From positions 18,282-82,281 of IMG/VR virus record IMGVR_UViG_3300045988_104111: 64,000 nucleotides of DNA, one strand, 5' to 3'. The stretch comes from a virus. Below are positions 42,837 through 52,912 of the stretch, one piece after another (within the stretch, counting starts at the first letter, position 1; each line of letters begins with the position of its first letter). Under the pieces are notes generated by a model. It saw only the letters and a program-made list of their open reading frames with translations. It was not told where the DNA came from and did not search any database. Position numbers and translations under genes: made by a program.

Positions 42837-43986
42837 GCTACTAGATAGCAAGTTAATTGACTTGCAAGAATGGACGGCGCGTTGTCTTGGTGAAGATTAT
42901 AGGGGCGTTTGGTCAGAGGAATATCTACGCAGATGTGCCGTATTTGTTCGCAATATGCTAAACGGCGCAGATGATTGTGAATCAGACGAAAAGGATGCCA
43001 ATATTCTATCACAGCTTAGAGAGGCTAAGATTGAGTTAGAAAAAGAACGCAAGAAATTACAGACAACTGGATTACAAATTCAAGAAAATTATAGGAATCT
43101 TGCCCGTAGTGAGTTAATGATTGAACAGATTGGAGACGCTATTCGTGGACTTGACCAAATAGTTATTAAACAATTTGAGCATACAAATCCTCAGCAAAGG
43201 ACAGCTCTGCTTGTTGTGGCAGACCAGCACTATGATTCCAATTTTAAGGTTGATGGATTGTGGGGAGAAACAGTAAATCTTTATAATAAAGACGTTTTTG
43301 CAAATCGTATGTGGAGTCTTTTGGCAAAAATGGATGCCGATAAATTTGATTATGATGTATTAAAGGTGGTATCATGTGGCGATGCACTTGAGGGACTTAT
43401 CAGAATGTCATCCTTGCAAAAACTACGCCAACCTGTTGTGAAATCTACGATTGAATTTGCGGAATTTATGAGTCAATGGCTTGTTGAAGCAAGCAATCGT
43501 TTGGGTATTCCTGTCGAATTCGCAATAGTTCCGGGAAATCATTCAACTCTCAGAATACTTACACAAAAGCCAGAGTTTCCAGAGGAGAACTTAGAATATA
43601 TCATTCATAAGTTTATCGAAATCAGGCTTGAAAATGAAGAAAATGTGACTGTTGAACCATATAACGACGTTTATTTTACAACTATCTATAATGAGAACAT
43701 GGTATTTACTCATGGAGAAAATAAAGACATATCTGATGTAATAAGGCATCTTGAAAATATGTATGATGTGACCATTGACAGATGTTATGCAGCACATTAT
43801 CATAGTAGTTCAACTAAAGATATTGGCGTTGGCAACGTTGGAGCCAAACAAATTATTCGTGTTCCTTCAATTTGTGGAACAGACCCATATGCTGTGAAAT
43901 GTTGTAAAAATAATCGTGCTGGTGCATATTTTGCTGTTTTTGATGAAGACGGCGAATGTTTTAATAAAATTTATTATTTGTCTTGA
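42805..43986 (+). CDS. Calcineurin-like metallophosphoesterase (SbcD/Mre11-like fold)
   Basis: Motifs VVADQHY, SCGDALEG, VPGNHS, FTHGEN, AAHYHS in the canonical order. Confidence 0.65.
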   Translation: MNLQKIRQATELLDSKLIDLQEWTARCLGEDYRGVWSEEYLRRCAVFVRNMLNGADDCESDEKDANILSQLREAKIELEKERKKLQTTGLQIQENYRNLARSELMIEQIGDAIRGLDQIVIKQFEHTNPQQRTALLVVADQHYDSNFKVDGLWGETVNLYNKDVFANRMWSLLAKMDADKFDYDVLKVVSCGDALEGLIRMSSLQKLRQPVVKSTIEFAEFMSQWLVEASNRLGIPVEFAIVPGNHSTLRILTQKPEFPEENLEYIIHKFIEIRLENEENVTVEPYNDVYFTTIYNENMVFTHGENKDISDVIRHLENMYDVTIDRCYAAHYHSSSTKDIGVGNVGAKQIIRVPSICGTDPYAVKCCKNNRAGAYFAVFDEDGECFNKIYYLS

Positions 43987-44011
43987 CATAAGTAAAGATA
44001 TATGGTATAAT
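43983..44011 (+). promoter_or_regulatory. Sigma70-type promoter (TTGACA-17-TATAAT, extended TG)
   Basis: cTTGACAtaagtaaagatataTGgTATAAT, overlapping the stop of the phosphoesterase gene. Confidence 0.7.
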
Positions 44012-44110
44012 ATAATAAAGCGGGACAGGGAGTAGCTACCTTGCCGAGTGCCCTTAACACTTGGCTAACCGCTTAAAATAAATAATCTTTAAGGGAGATT
44101 GATATTTGTT

Positions 44111-44896
44111 ATGGTAAGAAAATATACTTATGAAGCAATTTGTAAAATTTTTGAAGAAAAGGGATTTCTTGGCTGTCTAATAGATACAAAAGAAGATTTT
44201 GAAAGAAAAGGGAAAGAGCATAAAACAACACCATTATATACAAAGATGAGGTTTCATTGTAAATATTGTGGAAATGAATTTGAAAGAAGCTTAGCTTGTG
44301 TGAAAGTATGTGTGAGACCTTGGCTTTGTGGACCATGTTCTCAAAGTGAGGGTGCAGAAGATCAGAGAAAAGATTATGCAAAGTGTAAACAAGACATACA
44401 AGACAAGGGATTTACGCCTTTATTTAATCCAGAAGATATTCATACAGTACATCAAAAAGTTAAATGTATTGGTTCGTGTGGGCATGAAGTTATAACAAGT
44501 GTTCGTGCGTTTTTAAGAGCTAAGACATCTTTATGCGCTGAATGTGCGTCTCAAATACATTGTGGTGAGAATAATTATAATTGGAAGGGCGGTTATGAAA
44601 ATGAAAAGATACGATTTAGAAAAACATATGAATTTAAGTCATTTGTAAGAGCTGTTCTAAAAAGAGATAATTATACTTGTCAGTGTTGTAATAGAAATTC
44701 CAAGAAAACCAAATTGGTAGTGCATCATAAGGATGGATATAATTGGTGTGTCGAAAAACGAACGGATGCAGATAATGGCGTTGTATTGTGCGAAGACTGT
44801 CATAAATTGTTCCACAACATTTATGGAGCAGGAAAGAACACTAAGGAACAATATGATGAATTTATAAAGACACACTATGGCTTAATATGGGAATAA
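44111..44896 (+). CDS. HNH endonuclease (free-standing, zinc-finger rich)
   Basis: VVHHKDGYNW...NGVVLCEDCHKLFH. Several CxxC pairs. The start is ATG 44111 or TTG 44099. Confidence 0.75.
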   Translation: MVRKYTYEAICKIFEEKGFLGCLIDTKEDFERKGKEHKTTPLYTKMRFHCKYCGNEFERSLACVKVCVRPWLCGPCSQSEGAEDQRKDYAKCKQDIQDKGFTPLFNPEDIHTVHQKVKCIGSCGHEVITSVRAFLRAKTSLCAECASQIHCGENNYNWKGGYENEKIRFRKTYEFKSFVRAVLKRDNYTCQCCNRNSKKTKLVVHHKDGYNWCVEKRTDADNGVVLCEDCHKLFHNIYGAGKNTKEQYDEFIKTHYGLIWE

Positions 44897-45227
44897 TTGT
44901 GCGCATTGCTCATGTTGTTTGAAGATGGGCAAAAGACATGGACTAAGAAATATGTTTTGAATTAAATCTATCCTTGCAATAGCAAGTTTAGAAATATCCG
45001 AAAGGAGGTCACTATTCTCTTGAATTATCCACTGGTTTATCCGAAGCATAATTAAAGAAAGGATGGTGGTCAGAGCCAATCGGCTCATATCTACAATAAG
45101 CCCAACTCAATGGGGACTGTTGTTTAACTGAATATTGAACCTTGACAAATACGAAGCAACTGAGAGCAATCTTGGTTGCTTTGTCATATTGATAGGAAAA
45201 TAAACGGAAATTGAAAGGAATGAGAAT

Positions 45228-46052
45228 ATGTTTTGCCCATATTGTGGCAAGGAAAAGCAAGATAGCCAATTCTATAAAAGCCCAATCAAAACGGGCGAAT
45301 ATATTAAACCATGTAAATCATGTGTGACTGAGCTATATAAGCAAGCTCTTGAAATTACTAAAGACCAAGGCGCGGCACTATGGTCAACTTGTATGCAGAC
45401 GGGTATCCCTCTGCGCCGGGCTGAATATACTGCTTGTCTTGATACACTAGAAAAGGCGGCTAAGGGCAAAAAGCCTAGTTTGTTTATGTTGTATCACACA
45501 TATTTATCAACATCGCCTGATAAGCTAACGGGCGTATGGGATAGCGATATGGAGTTGTCTAATTTCAAGGATTTGGGCGATGTTGCTAAGGGTGAAACTG
45601 ATGAGGTGGCGCTTAAAGCGAGATGGCGCAAACAATGGGGCGGCGACTATGAGGATGAAGATTGTCAGTGGCTAGATGATATGTTTGATAGCTATACGGC
45701 AGATATATTTGAAATGGACACCGCTATGGAAATGCGTTATCGTGACTTGTGTAAATTAGAGCTTGAGCAGTATAAAAATGGTGTTAATAAGGACACACAG
45801 TCACAGATTAAAACGCTTATGTCATTACTTAAACTTGATGATTTTAAGAGCAATCAGAAGTCGGATGCTGAACGGGCGTTTGAGAAGCGTATAGCTTGGG
45901 TGGAATATACCAAGCCGTCTGAATGTGAAGATTTAACAAGATTCGTAGATATGGTTGGATATGAAAAGGACAAGGGCGAAAAGATGCGTAGTTTGCGCAA
46001 TGCTGTTGCTGGCACTAGAGATTACCCAGCAATCCCGAAGGAGGAAGCATAA
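45228..46052 (+). CDS. Putative terminase small subunit
   Basis: The call rests on position immediately upstream of, and overlapping, the large terminase. N-terminal zinc ribbon CPYCG...CKSC. Confidence 0.4.
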   Translation: MFCPYCGKEKQDSQFYKSPIKTGEYIKPCKSCVTELYKQALEITKDQGAALWSTCMQTGIPLRRAEYTACLDTLEKAAKGKKPSLFMLYHTYLSTSPDKLTGVWDSDMELSNFKDLGDVAKGETDEVALKARWRKQWGGDYEDEDCQWLDDMFDSYTADIFEMDTAMEMRYRDLCKLELEQYKNGVNKDTQSQIKTLMSLLKLDDFKSNQKSDAERAFEKRIAWVEYTKPSECEDLTRFVDMVGYEKDKGEKMRSLRNAVAGTRDYPAIPKEEA

Positions 46053-47896
46053 TGCGTTCTAGGATGGGCGGTCTTAGAGAATCATTTAAGGCTGATAAAC
46101 TTCGAGCTGTATCTGGCATATCCAAAAAAATAGATAGCGATTTAGAAAACAACATCATAGAGTGGACAACTCTGTTTAGACGGAATTGGGACATATTTGC
46201 TGAATTTTATCTAGGGATTCCATTAAAACCATATCAACGCCAAGCATTGCATGAAATTGGTGTGTCAGATGTGTATTTTTGGAGAGCAGGGCGTGGTGGT
46301 GCAAAATCGTTTATTACAATGCTTGCGGCGGTCTGTAAATTACTATTGTATCCAAACTGTCAGATAATTATTACATCCTCTACGGTTGACCAAGCCAATA
46401 AAATGGTCAAAGAGAAGTTAGAGAAAGAATTGATAAAAAAGTTATCTAAACTACTTTTGCTTTATTACGAAAAAGACTGGATAAAGATAACAAAGCCGAA
46501 TGATGGATATTATGTAGAATGTACGCTTAATAATTCATCCATCACCGTTCTTGCACCAGTTGAATCCGCGAGAGGTTCACGCTCCAACTTTACCATTTAC
46601 GACGAAGTTGCTATTATGAAGAAAACGGCAATAGACCAAATTTTTGATGGCATGCTGTTTCCTAGGCAACCCAATTATTTAAGCAATCCTGCATATTCTG
46701 GGAATAAGAGATGGATAGAAGAATCTAAGAGTATATATCTAACATCGTCTAAGTTTAAGTTCCAGTGGTGGTATAGATTGTGGTGTGACTGTGTAACAGG
46801 ATATTATGTTGATAAGCGTACTAGATATGGTATATTTGCAACAGACTTCTTTGATAATATAGAAAATGGCTTAAAAACATGGGGCGATTATCGTAGAGCT
46901 AAAAGACAGAACGACGATATATCATTTAGGACAGAATATCTAAACGAAGCCGTAGGTGAATCCGAAGATTCTTTCTTTAGCCTTGAATCGTTCAAAGAGA
47001 ATCAGGTTATTACAGATGCGTTTTGTCCACCAAAGCCAATGGATTTATTGGTGTCTAGTGAATCAGATGAGGACGAAAAGAAAGAGGATGAAGTACGTCT
47101 CATCGTGTCTGACTTTGCATGGACAACAACTGGTAAGAAAGCAAATGAATCAGATAATAGTATTGCTATATGTATTAGGGCTAAATGGAAAAAAGACCAT
47201 TTTGATAAATATGTAGAATATATTGAATTGCTACCAACAGCAGATGACGCGGATGGTTGTGCTGATAGGTTAAAAGAATTGTTTTGGTTGTACAAGGCAG
47301 ACTATCTAGTGCCCGATGCGAGATCAGGCGGTGAAGCGGTCATGATAGCCTTATCTAAACCGTATACTAATGAACGCTATTCGGCGTTCATCAATAATCA
47401 TGGCTTGACTATGGCTGATAAAAAGGAATATCATGTGGCTCGACCTGATAAGCTAGATTACTATAGAGCCAATGCAGTAGATCCAAATGCTTATCCTTGT
47501 ATTATACCTATTGTTGGTAGTGAAACACTCAACACGTCTTATTGGAAAGCAACTAAAATGTCACTTGAGAATAATCGTATAAAATTCTTGATAGGGATGA
47601 GCGATAAGCAAGATGCTATTGTTGAAACTGGCGAATATTACAAATACACCGGCGAACAGACAGCAGATATACTTGCACCTCATGGCAATACTGATTTACT
47701 CATATCGGAAGCCGTTAATTTAACTACTATATTCAAAGGTGAAAACATCAAACTAGAGGCACCAAGAACGGGGCATCGTGACCGTATTGTTACATTGGCT
47801 ATGGGTATTCTAATATGTGATTATATAGAAAATGAATGGAATAGACAGAGTCATGTTGAAGAATATGACTTAGATGATGTGCAATTAGTTTGGTGA
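46052..47896 (+). CDS. Terminase large subunit
   Basis: YQRQAL...WRAGRGGAKSF (Walker A) and FTIYDEVA (Walker B). 614 aa. Confidence 0.75.
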   Translation: MRSRMGGLRESFKADKLRAVSGISKKIDSDLENNIIEWTTLFRRNWDIFAEFYLGIPLKPYQRQALHEIGVSDVYFWRAGRGGAKSFITMLAAVCKLLLYPNCQIIITSSTVDQANKMVKEKLEKELIKKLSKLLLLYYEKDWIKITKPNDGYYVECTLNNSSITVLAPVESARGSRSNFTIYDEVAIMKKTAIDQIFDGMLFPRQPNYLSNPAYSGNKRWIEESKSIYLTSSKFKFQWWYRLWCDCVTGYYVDKRTRYGIFATDFFDNIENGLKTWGDYRRAKRQNDDISFRTEYLNEAVGESEDSFFSLESFKENQVITDAFCPPKPMDLLVSSESDEDEKKEDEVRLIVSDFAWTTTGKKANESDNSIAICIRAKWKKDHFDKYVEYIELLPTADDADGCADRLKELFWLYKADYLVPDARSGGEAVMIALSKPYTNERYSAFINNHGLTMADKKEYHVARPDKLDYYRANAVDPNAYPCIIPIVGSETLNTSYWKATKMSLENNRIKFLIGMSDKQDAIVETGEYYKYTGEQTADILAPHGNTDLLISEAVNLTTIFKGENIKLEAPRTGHRDRIVTLAMGILICDYIENEWNRQSHVEEYDLDDVQLVW

Positions 47897-48046
47897 TATG
47901 ACTTGCCTATGAAGCGGTTGCTATGTTGGTGTGTTACCGTGGAGGTGCTATTAGGGTTGCGTGGTCTCCAAGTTCCAACTTAGGCTTAATCAAAACTATA
48001 AAATAAAAACACTCAAAAATACAAAACAAAGAAAGGAGGGCGAAAT

Positions 48047-49627
48047 TTGGCAGAACCGTTAGTAACATTTGAACAGGCTCAAGCCGTAACAGAATTTGCA
48101 CAAGCATTATATGCTTATGACCAGTTTGGCTTCTGGTCGCCAATGCTAAGCAATCAGCTATTGCAGAGTTTGAACAACAATCCAGAAACACCCAGTTCTG
48201 ATAAAATTCGCAAGGCGCTTGCTGAATACAAAGAAAATTCAGAGCAAATTCAGGGCTATATGGAATATATGAAATTCTGGGATATGATATTTGCCAGAAC
48301 TCTACAAGCATATTGCAATGCTCTATCATTTGATCTACAGCCTGTTTGTATCAATGCTTTTACTCAGAGTGATTATGAATCAAGCGCATACCAAGAGGAT
48401 AAGCGGCGCGTATATGATTTCTTAAACAAATTTGACTATAAGGCTGAATTTAGTAAAGTTGTGGCGCAAATTGTGACGCACGAAACATATTTTACTTGGT
48501 TCAGAAAGACGAAATGGGGCAATAAAGGAATGAAATTCGCCCTACAGATTTTGCCACAAGATAGATGTTTGCTTACCGGATATTGGGAAAAAGGCATGTT
48601 GTTTGATTTTGACATGAGCTATTTCCTGCAAGCTGGTGTAGACATCAATGGATTTGACCCAGCATTTAAGAAATATTATCAGCGTGTATTTGGCTCTGAG
48701 GAAGAAGCATTTAAAAATTATCGCCCTACAAACCCACTAAATAGACGAAATGGCGCATATGCTATGTGGACGCAAACATCTCCTAGTGATGGGGCATGGG
48801 CGTTTAAGTGGAATCCTAGTACATTTAACAATACGCCATTTTTAGCCCCGTTCCTAAAGAACGCCATTGCCAATGATGATATTGCTCAGTTACAATATAA
48901 TAAGGACATTGCGTCGGCATATGCTATTCTAGCTGGTGAAATTCGTCTATTTGATACGGCTAAATCTGGTACCAAGGCGAACCAATTTGCTATCGATCCA
49001 AAGACGTTAGGCGGATTTATGCAAAAGGCAAAGGCTGGACTTGGTTCGTTGTCTAAGTTGGCAGCTATGCCGCTTGAAAATATTAAGTTCTACCAATTTG
49101 AGGACAAGAATACAGATATGTATTCAACACAGTTGGCTACATCTGCTGGTGTTGGGTCTGGTGTGAGCCGTGTCATTTATAGCTCAGACAAACAATCTAA
49201 CGCGGAGATTGAGGCTGGGCTTAATGATATGTATCAGACTATGAAGCCGCTATATCCACAATTTAGTAATTTCCTAGAATTTTATGTCAATCAGTTAACA
49301 AAGAAATACAAGTGGAAGTTTATCTTTGATGGGTCTAATTATCCATTTGAGCGTGAGGCTCGATTTGATAAGGTGAAGAAAATGGCCGATTCTGGCATTG
49401 TTTTACCTATGCAAACATGGGCGTCTGTATCTGGATATCAACCGCAATTATTTGAAGCAATGATGGCTGAGAGCAAATATACGGGTTGGATTGATAAATA
49501 TACACAGTTGTTAAAGAACACAAATACAACTAAGGGCGGTTCAGATAATGAAGGTGGCAGACCCAGACAGGATGAAACAACACTCACAGATTCAGGAGAG
49601 GCAAGCCGAGAAACATTAGAGGAATGA
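48047..49627 (+). CDS. Putative portal protein
   Basis: 526 aa, directly after the terminase. TTG start follows AAAGGAGGG. Called on position and size. Confidence 0.55.
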   Translation: MAEPLVTFEQAQAVTEFAQALYAYDQFGFWSPMLSNQLLQSLNNNPETPSSDKIRKALAEYKENSEQIQGYMEYMKFWDMIFARTLQAYCNALSFDLQPVCINAFTQSDYESSAYQEDKRRVYDFLNKFDYKAEFSKVVAQIVTHETYFTWFRKTKWGNKGMKFALQILPQDRCLLTGYWEKGMLFDFDMSYFLQAGVDINGFDPAFKKYYQRVFGSEEEAFKNYRPTNPLNRRNGAYAMWTQTSPSDGAWAFKWNPSTFNNTPFLAPFLKNAIANDDIAQLQYNKDIASAYAILAGEIRLFDTAKSGTKANQFAIDPKTLGGFMQKAKAGLGSLSKLAAMPLENIKFYQFEDKNTDMYSTQLATSAGVGSGVSRVIYSSDKQSNAEIEAGLNDMYQTMKPLYPQFSNFLEFYVNQLTKKYKWKFIFDGSNYPFEREARFDKVKKMADSGIVLPMQTWASVSGYQPQLFEAMMAESKYTGWIDKYTQLLKNTNTTKGGSDNEGGRPRQDETTLTDSGEASRETLEE

Positions 49628-49631
49628 TATT

Positions 49632-50144
49632 ATGATGTTATCAGAAAGAACAAGTGAAGCCCTAGACATTCTAGTTGGGCAGTATTTTTCTTTGAACCGC
49701 ACGTTTGATAGGTGTGTGTCGTGGATGGAAGTAAAATTTGCTATGCCTAATGCCGCAAATATTATTCATCATAAATTAGCGCATCTCTGGCCGCTTATGG
49801 CTGATACTGTAAGCGATTTTAAACATCAATGGAACATTACCACATATTATCCTGAGACGCGTGGTGATAAGCGCGAATATGACAATCTTCAGCAAATGAT
49901 GGATACTATGCTTAGAGAAACATTAGATGTTTATGATGTTATCAAGCAAACGTATTATATTGCCAAAGAGGAAAAAGATTTCAACGCTAATGCTATGCTA
50001 CAAGAGCTTATGCAGGACATGAATAAGGTTGTGGCGCAAATTATAGTGCTAGATGACAAAGCCAAACAAATGCCAACAGAATATGACGAATATGACCGTC
50101 ATATTGATAGTTGGGGAATTGTTGGTTTGGAGGATTATCAATGA
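49632..50144 (+). CDS. Hypothetical helical protein
   Basis: ORF track. Confidence 0.5.
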   Translation: MMLSERTSEALDILVGQYFSLNRTFDRCVSWMEVKFAMPNAANIIHHKLAHLWPLMADTVSDFKHQWNITTYYPETRGDKREYDNLQQMMDTMLRETLDVYDVIKQTYYIAKEEKDFNANAMLQELMQDMNKVVAQIIVLDDKAKQMPTEYDEYDRHIDSWGIVGLEDYQ

Positions 50145-50320
50145 TTATTCTTGGAATTCCAAAGAACCCAGAAGATTATTTTATTGCTGATGATGCGCTT
50201 GCCTGGGAATTAGACCAAGCTGGATTCTCAGCTAAATATTTAGATGAGGATGCTTATTATTATAAAAAGAATAAAAAACTATTAAAATGGCTAGATAGTC
50301 ACAACATAGAAGGATGGTGA
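50141..50320 (+). CDS. Small hypothetical protein
   Basis: ATG at 50141 forms an ATGA overlap with the upstream stop. Confidence 0.45.
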   Translation: MIILGIPKNPEDYFIADDALAWELDQAGFSAKYLDEDAYYYKKNKKLLKWLDSHNIEGW

Positions 50321-50327
50321 GCAAAAA

Positions 50328-50546
50328 ATGAAGAATAGAGATTGGAAAACATGGCTAAAGGCCGCATTGGTTAGAGCAGTCAAAACAATGTGTCAGTCTG
50401 CACTAGCTTTAATTCCGGCAGCAATTACGATTGTTGACGTTGATTGGATTACTGTTGCTGGCACATCTGCGCTTGCTGGTGTTGTCAGCTTAATTACATC
50501 TGTTGCGGGATTGCCAGAGGTGGATGAAAATGCAAATCTTAACTAA
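50328..50546 (+). CDS. Holin
   Basis: 72 aa with two hydrophobic segments (SALALIPAAITIV; VAGTSALAGVVSLITSVAG). Overlaps the amidase start. Confidence 0.65.
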   Translation: MKNRDWKTWLKAALVRAVKTMCQSALALIPAAITIVDVDWITVAGTSALAGVVSLITSVAGLPEVDENANLN

Positions 50547-51333
50547 ATATATTACACATAATCCTTTTTTTAATGATGGTAGATGGATTACCGGAAATGA
50601 ATTTAAAGGATTCTTTCTTCACTCTGTAGGGTGTGCTCAACCAAATCCATTGGTTTTTATTAGACAGTGGGACAATGCTAATTATGGCCGTGCGGGGATC
50701 AACGGATTCATTGGAGCTGATGCGGTTTATTTAACGGCCCCATGTTTGGAGACACCGGGCCGGGTCAAGCGTATGCCCCACGCGGGGAAGCCTGCTGGGA
50801 ACAATGGGTATATCGGTTTTGAGATGTGCGAACCGGCACAGATTCATTATACGGTCGGCGCAAGCTTTATCGTGCGGGACCATGCTGCGGCCCAGGCGTA
50901 TTGCCGCAAGACGTACCAGAACGCTGTGCAGCTCTTTGCACGGCTGTGTAGTTTCCACGGGAAAAACCCGCTGCAGGATGGCGTGATTCTGAGCCATAAT
51001 GAAGGTGGAAAACGTGGTATTGCCAGTGGTCACGTCGACCCGGAGCACCTCTGGCGCGGGCTAAGCCTGCCGTATACCATGGAAGGATTCCGTCGAGATG
51101 TAGCAAATGCAATGAAACCAAAGGAGGAAATTGACATGACGAAAGCAGAAGTGGTTGCGCTGATTGATGCACGTATCCAGGCGGCGCTGGAGGGCAAGGG
51201 AACCGAGGCAAGCGCCTGGGCAAAAGATGAGTTTGCCCAAGCTGTCGCGGCTGGCATCACTGATGGTACCCGTCCTGGCGGGTATGCAAAGCGTGAAGAA
51301 GTTGCCGCTATGGTACTAAGAGGGAAAAAGTAA
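50530..51333 (+). CDS. N-acetylmuramoyl-L-alanine amidase (endolysin) with C-terminal SLH-like wall-binding repeat
   Basis: FFLHSVGC, HAGKPAGNNGYIGFEMCEP and SGHVDPEHLW fit amidase_2/PGRP-type zinc sites. The C-terminus is SAWAKDEFAQAVAAGITDGTRPGGYAKREEVAAMVLR. Start is ATG 50524 or 50530. Confidence 0.65.
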   Translation: MQILTKYITHNPFFNDGRWITGNEFKGFFLHSVGCAQPNPLVFIRQWDNANYGRAGINGFIGADAVYLTAPCLETPGRVKRMPHAGKPAGNNGYIGFEMCEPAQIHYTVGASFIVRDHAAAQAYCRKTYQNAVQLFARLCSFHGKNPLQDGVILSHNEGGKRGIASGHVDPEHLWRGLSLPYTMEGFRRDVANAMKPKEEIDMTKAEVVALIDARIQAALEGKGTEASAWAKDEFAQAVAAGITDGTRPGGYAKREEVAAMVLRGKK

Positions 51334-51373
51334 TCTTTCTTGTAAAAAATTTTATAAGAAAGGAGGAAGATGA

Positions 51374-52879
51374 TTGCAGAAAGATGTAAAATTTCAGCTT
51401 GAAGATGCTGTTGAATATCCTGAATGGTGTGATAATTACCCAGAGTATAAATTTACTGTGTTTAAGTGCTGCTTTCTAAGCACTAAGCCAAATGCGCACA
51501 ATTTAGATATTGGCGATGATGTATTGCGGCGTGACGCTCAATCTATTCTTGGCAATATGCTTGTGGCGAAAATTCAGAATGGGGATGCAACTACGCACCT
51601 ACCGTCAGAGATTCAGTATGGTTATTTTCCGCGAGAACAAGAAATTGAGTTTGTTGAGGAAGATGGAGTTACTAAGGCATACGCATATGCGGTTGTTAGC
51701 AAGCATTATAGTAAGGAATTAAACAATATCTTTGAGTTTGATAATCTTCGCAATAGCTCTGTCGAAATGACGGTAACAACGGATAAAGATGAGGATGAGG
51801 GCAAAGTTGTGGCACTAGACATTTTCGGCTTAACTGTGCTTGGAAAAGCTATTAACGGCAGCTGTCCTGATGCAGATATCAAGATGGTGCGATTCTCTAC
51901 TGAGGATGCGGATGCTTATTTTGCTAAGTCTGATTCTTTATCTAATCTAAAGCAATTTGTCGAAGAAAGGAAACAATCAATGGCTGAAAAGAAAACGTAT
52001 AAGATTGACAAGTCCAAAGAAGCCATGTCTACGGCTGATTGGGGCGATTATGATAAGGCGGCTATGAGAGATAAAATCATGGGTGCTAAGAATCGTGATA
52101 CACTTGTCAAATCTGTATATCTACTTGTAGAAGATGGTTGGAAAGATGCGCCATCTGAACATCTAAAATATCCTGTCATGGAACTTGATGGTGATAAATT
52201 TGTGTATAACCGAAATGCTCTGAGTTCGGCACTAGCATATGCAAAGCAGAACGATGAGACTGAGGTTGTAAATAAAATTAAGGCTATCTATAAAAAGTTA
52301 GACCTTGATGACGATTCTGAAAGAAAGGAGGAGGCTAAAATGGAAGAAACTAAAGAACTAGCCGCTACTGAGGTCGAGGCTGAATCCGCTCTTGAGGAAA
52401 AGAAAGAAGAAATGGCTGAACCAGAGATTGAGGTTAAGGCTGAGGAACCAAATTGTGACGAATGCGATGACCATGATGATGACGATGATGGGCATGAGGA
52501 AGAAATGTCCGCTGAGGACATGAAAGCTCGTATTGCGCAACTTGAAAAAGATATTGAAGATAGAGACAATATCATCATGGGTCAAAATTCTGAGCTTGAG
52601 ACGCTACGTCAGTTTAAGAAAGATGTAGAGGACAAGGAAAAGGCTATTTCTGTTGAGGCTATTATGGCTGAATGCAAGGAGTATATGTCTGACGATTGTT
52701 ATAAGCAGATGCGCGAAGAAGGCATGGCTTGTGAATTTGCGGCTGTTGATGCTTGGGCAAATAAGGTCAAGGCATATTGCTTCTCTGCTGTAAAGAAAAC
52801 CCCAAAGAAAGAAAAATCTGATGTATTTACTTTCGCTGCTCCTGTTGAAAAGAAGGAGCATAAAGGTCTATGGGACTAA
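51374..52879 (+). CDS. Putative scaffolding (or protease-scaffold) protein
   Basis: The C-terminal half is extremely acidic and coiled-coil (EEAKMEETKELAATEVEAESALEEKKEEMAEPE...DDHDDDDDGHEEE). Lies upstream of the capsid gene. Confidence 0.45.
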   Translation: MQKDVKFQLEDAVEYPEWCDNYPEYKFTVFKCCFLSTKPNAHNLDIGDDVLRRDAQSILGNMLVAKIQNGDATTHLPSEIQYGYFPREQEIEFVEEDGVTKAYAYAVVSKHYSKELNNIFEFDNLRNSSVEMTVTTDKDEDEGKVVALDIFGLTVLGKAINGSCPDADIKMVRFSTEDADAYFAKSDSLSNLKQFVEERKQSMAEKKTYKIDKSKEAMSTADWGDYDKAAMRDKIMGAKNRDTLVKSVYLLVEDGWKDAPSEHLKYPVMELDGDKFVYNRNALSSALAYAKQNDETEVVNKIKAIYKKLDLDDDSERKEEAKMEETKELAATEVEAESALEEKKEEMAEPEIEVKAEEPNCDECDDHDDDDDGHEEEMSAEDMKARIAQLEKDIEDRDNIIMGQNSELETLRQFKKDVEDKEKAISVEAIMAECKEYMSDDCYKQMREEGMACEFAAVDAWANKVKAYCFSAVKKTPKKEKSDVFTFAAPVEKKEHKGLWD

Positions 52880-52912
52880 AACTAAAATTGATTAAAAGGA
52901 GATAATTATATT

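Noticed and set aside
44897-45227. The 330-nt non-coding stretch after the HNH gene (with hairpins such as GAGCC-aatc-GGCTC and AAGCAAC...GTTGCTT) as the 3' half of an intron housing the HNH ORF
   Set aside because: The flanking genes (phosphoesterase ending at 43986, putative small terminase starting at 45228) look complete. No interrupted exon can be reconstructed, and none of the shared intron blocks occur here.
47934-48329. 131-aa minus-strand ORF
   Set aside because: It is antisense to the start of the portal gene and the intergenic region, has no SD or promoter, and the whole surrounding block is rightward.
50731-51260. Several 76-118-aa minus-strand ORFs and a 60-aa plus ORF inside the endolysin gene
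   Set aside because: They are typical stop-codon-poor artefacts of the GC-rich segment. They overlap a gene with clear amidase motifs.
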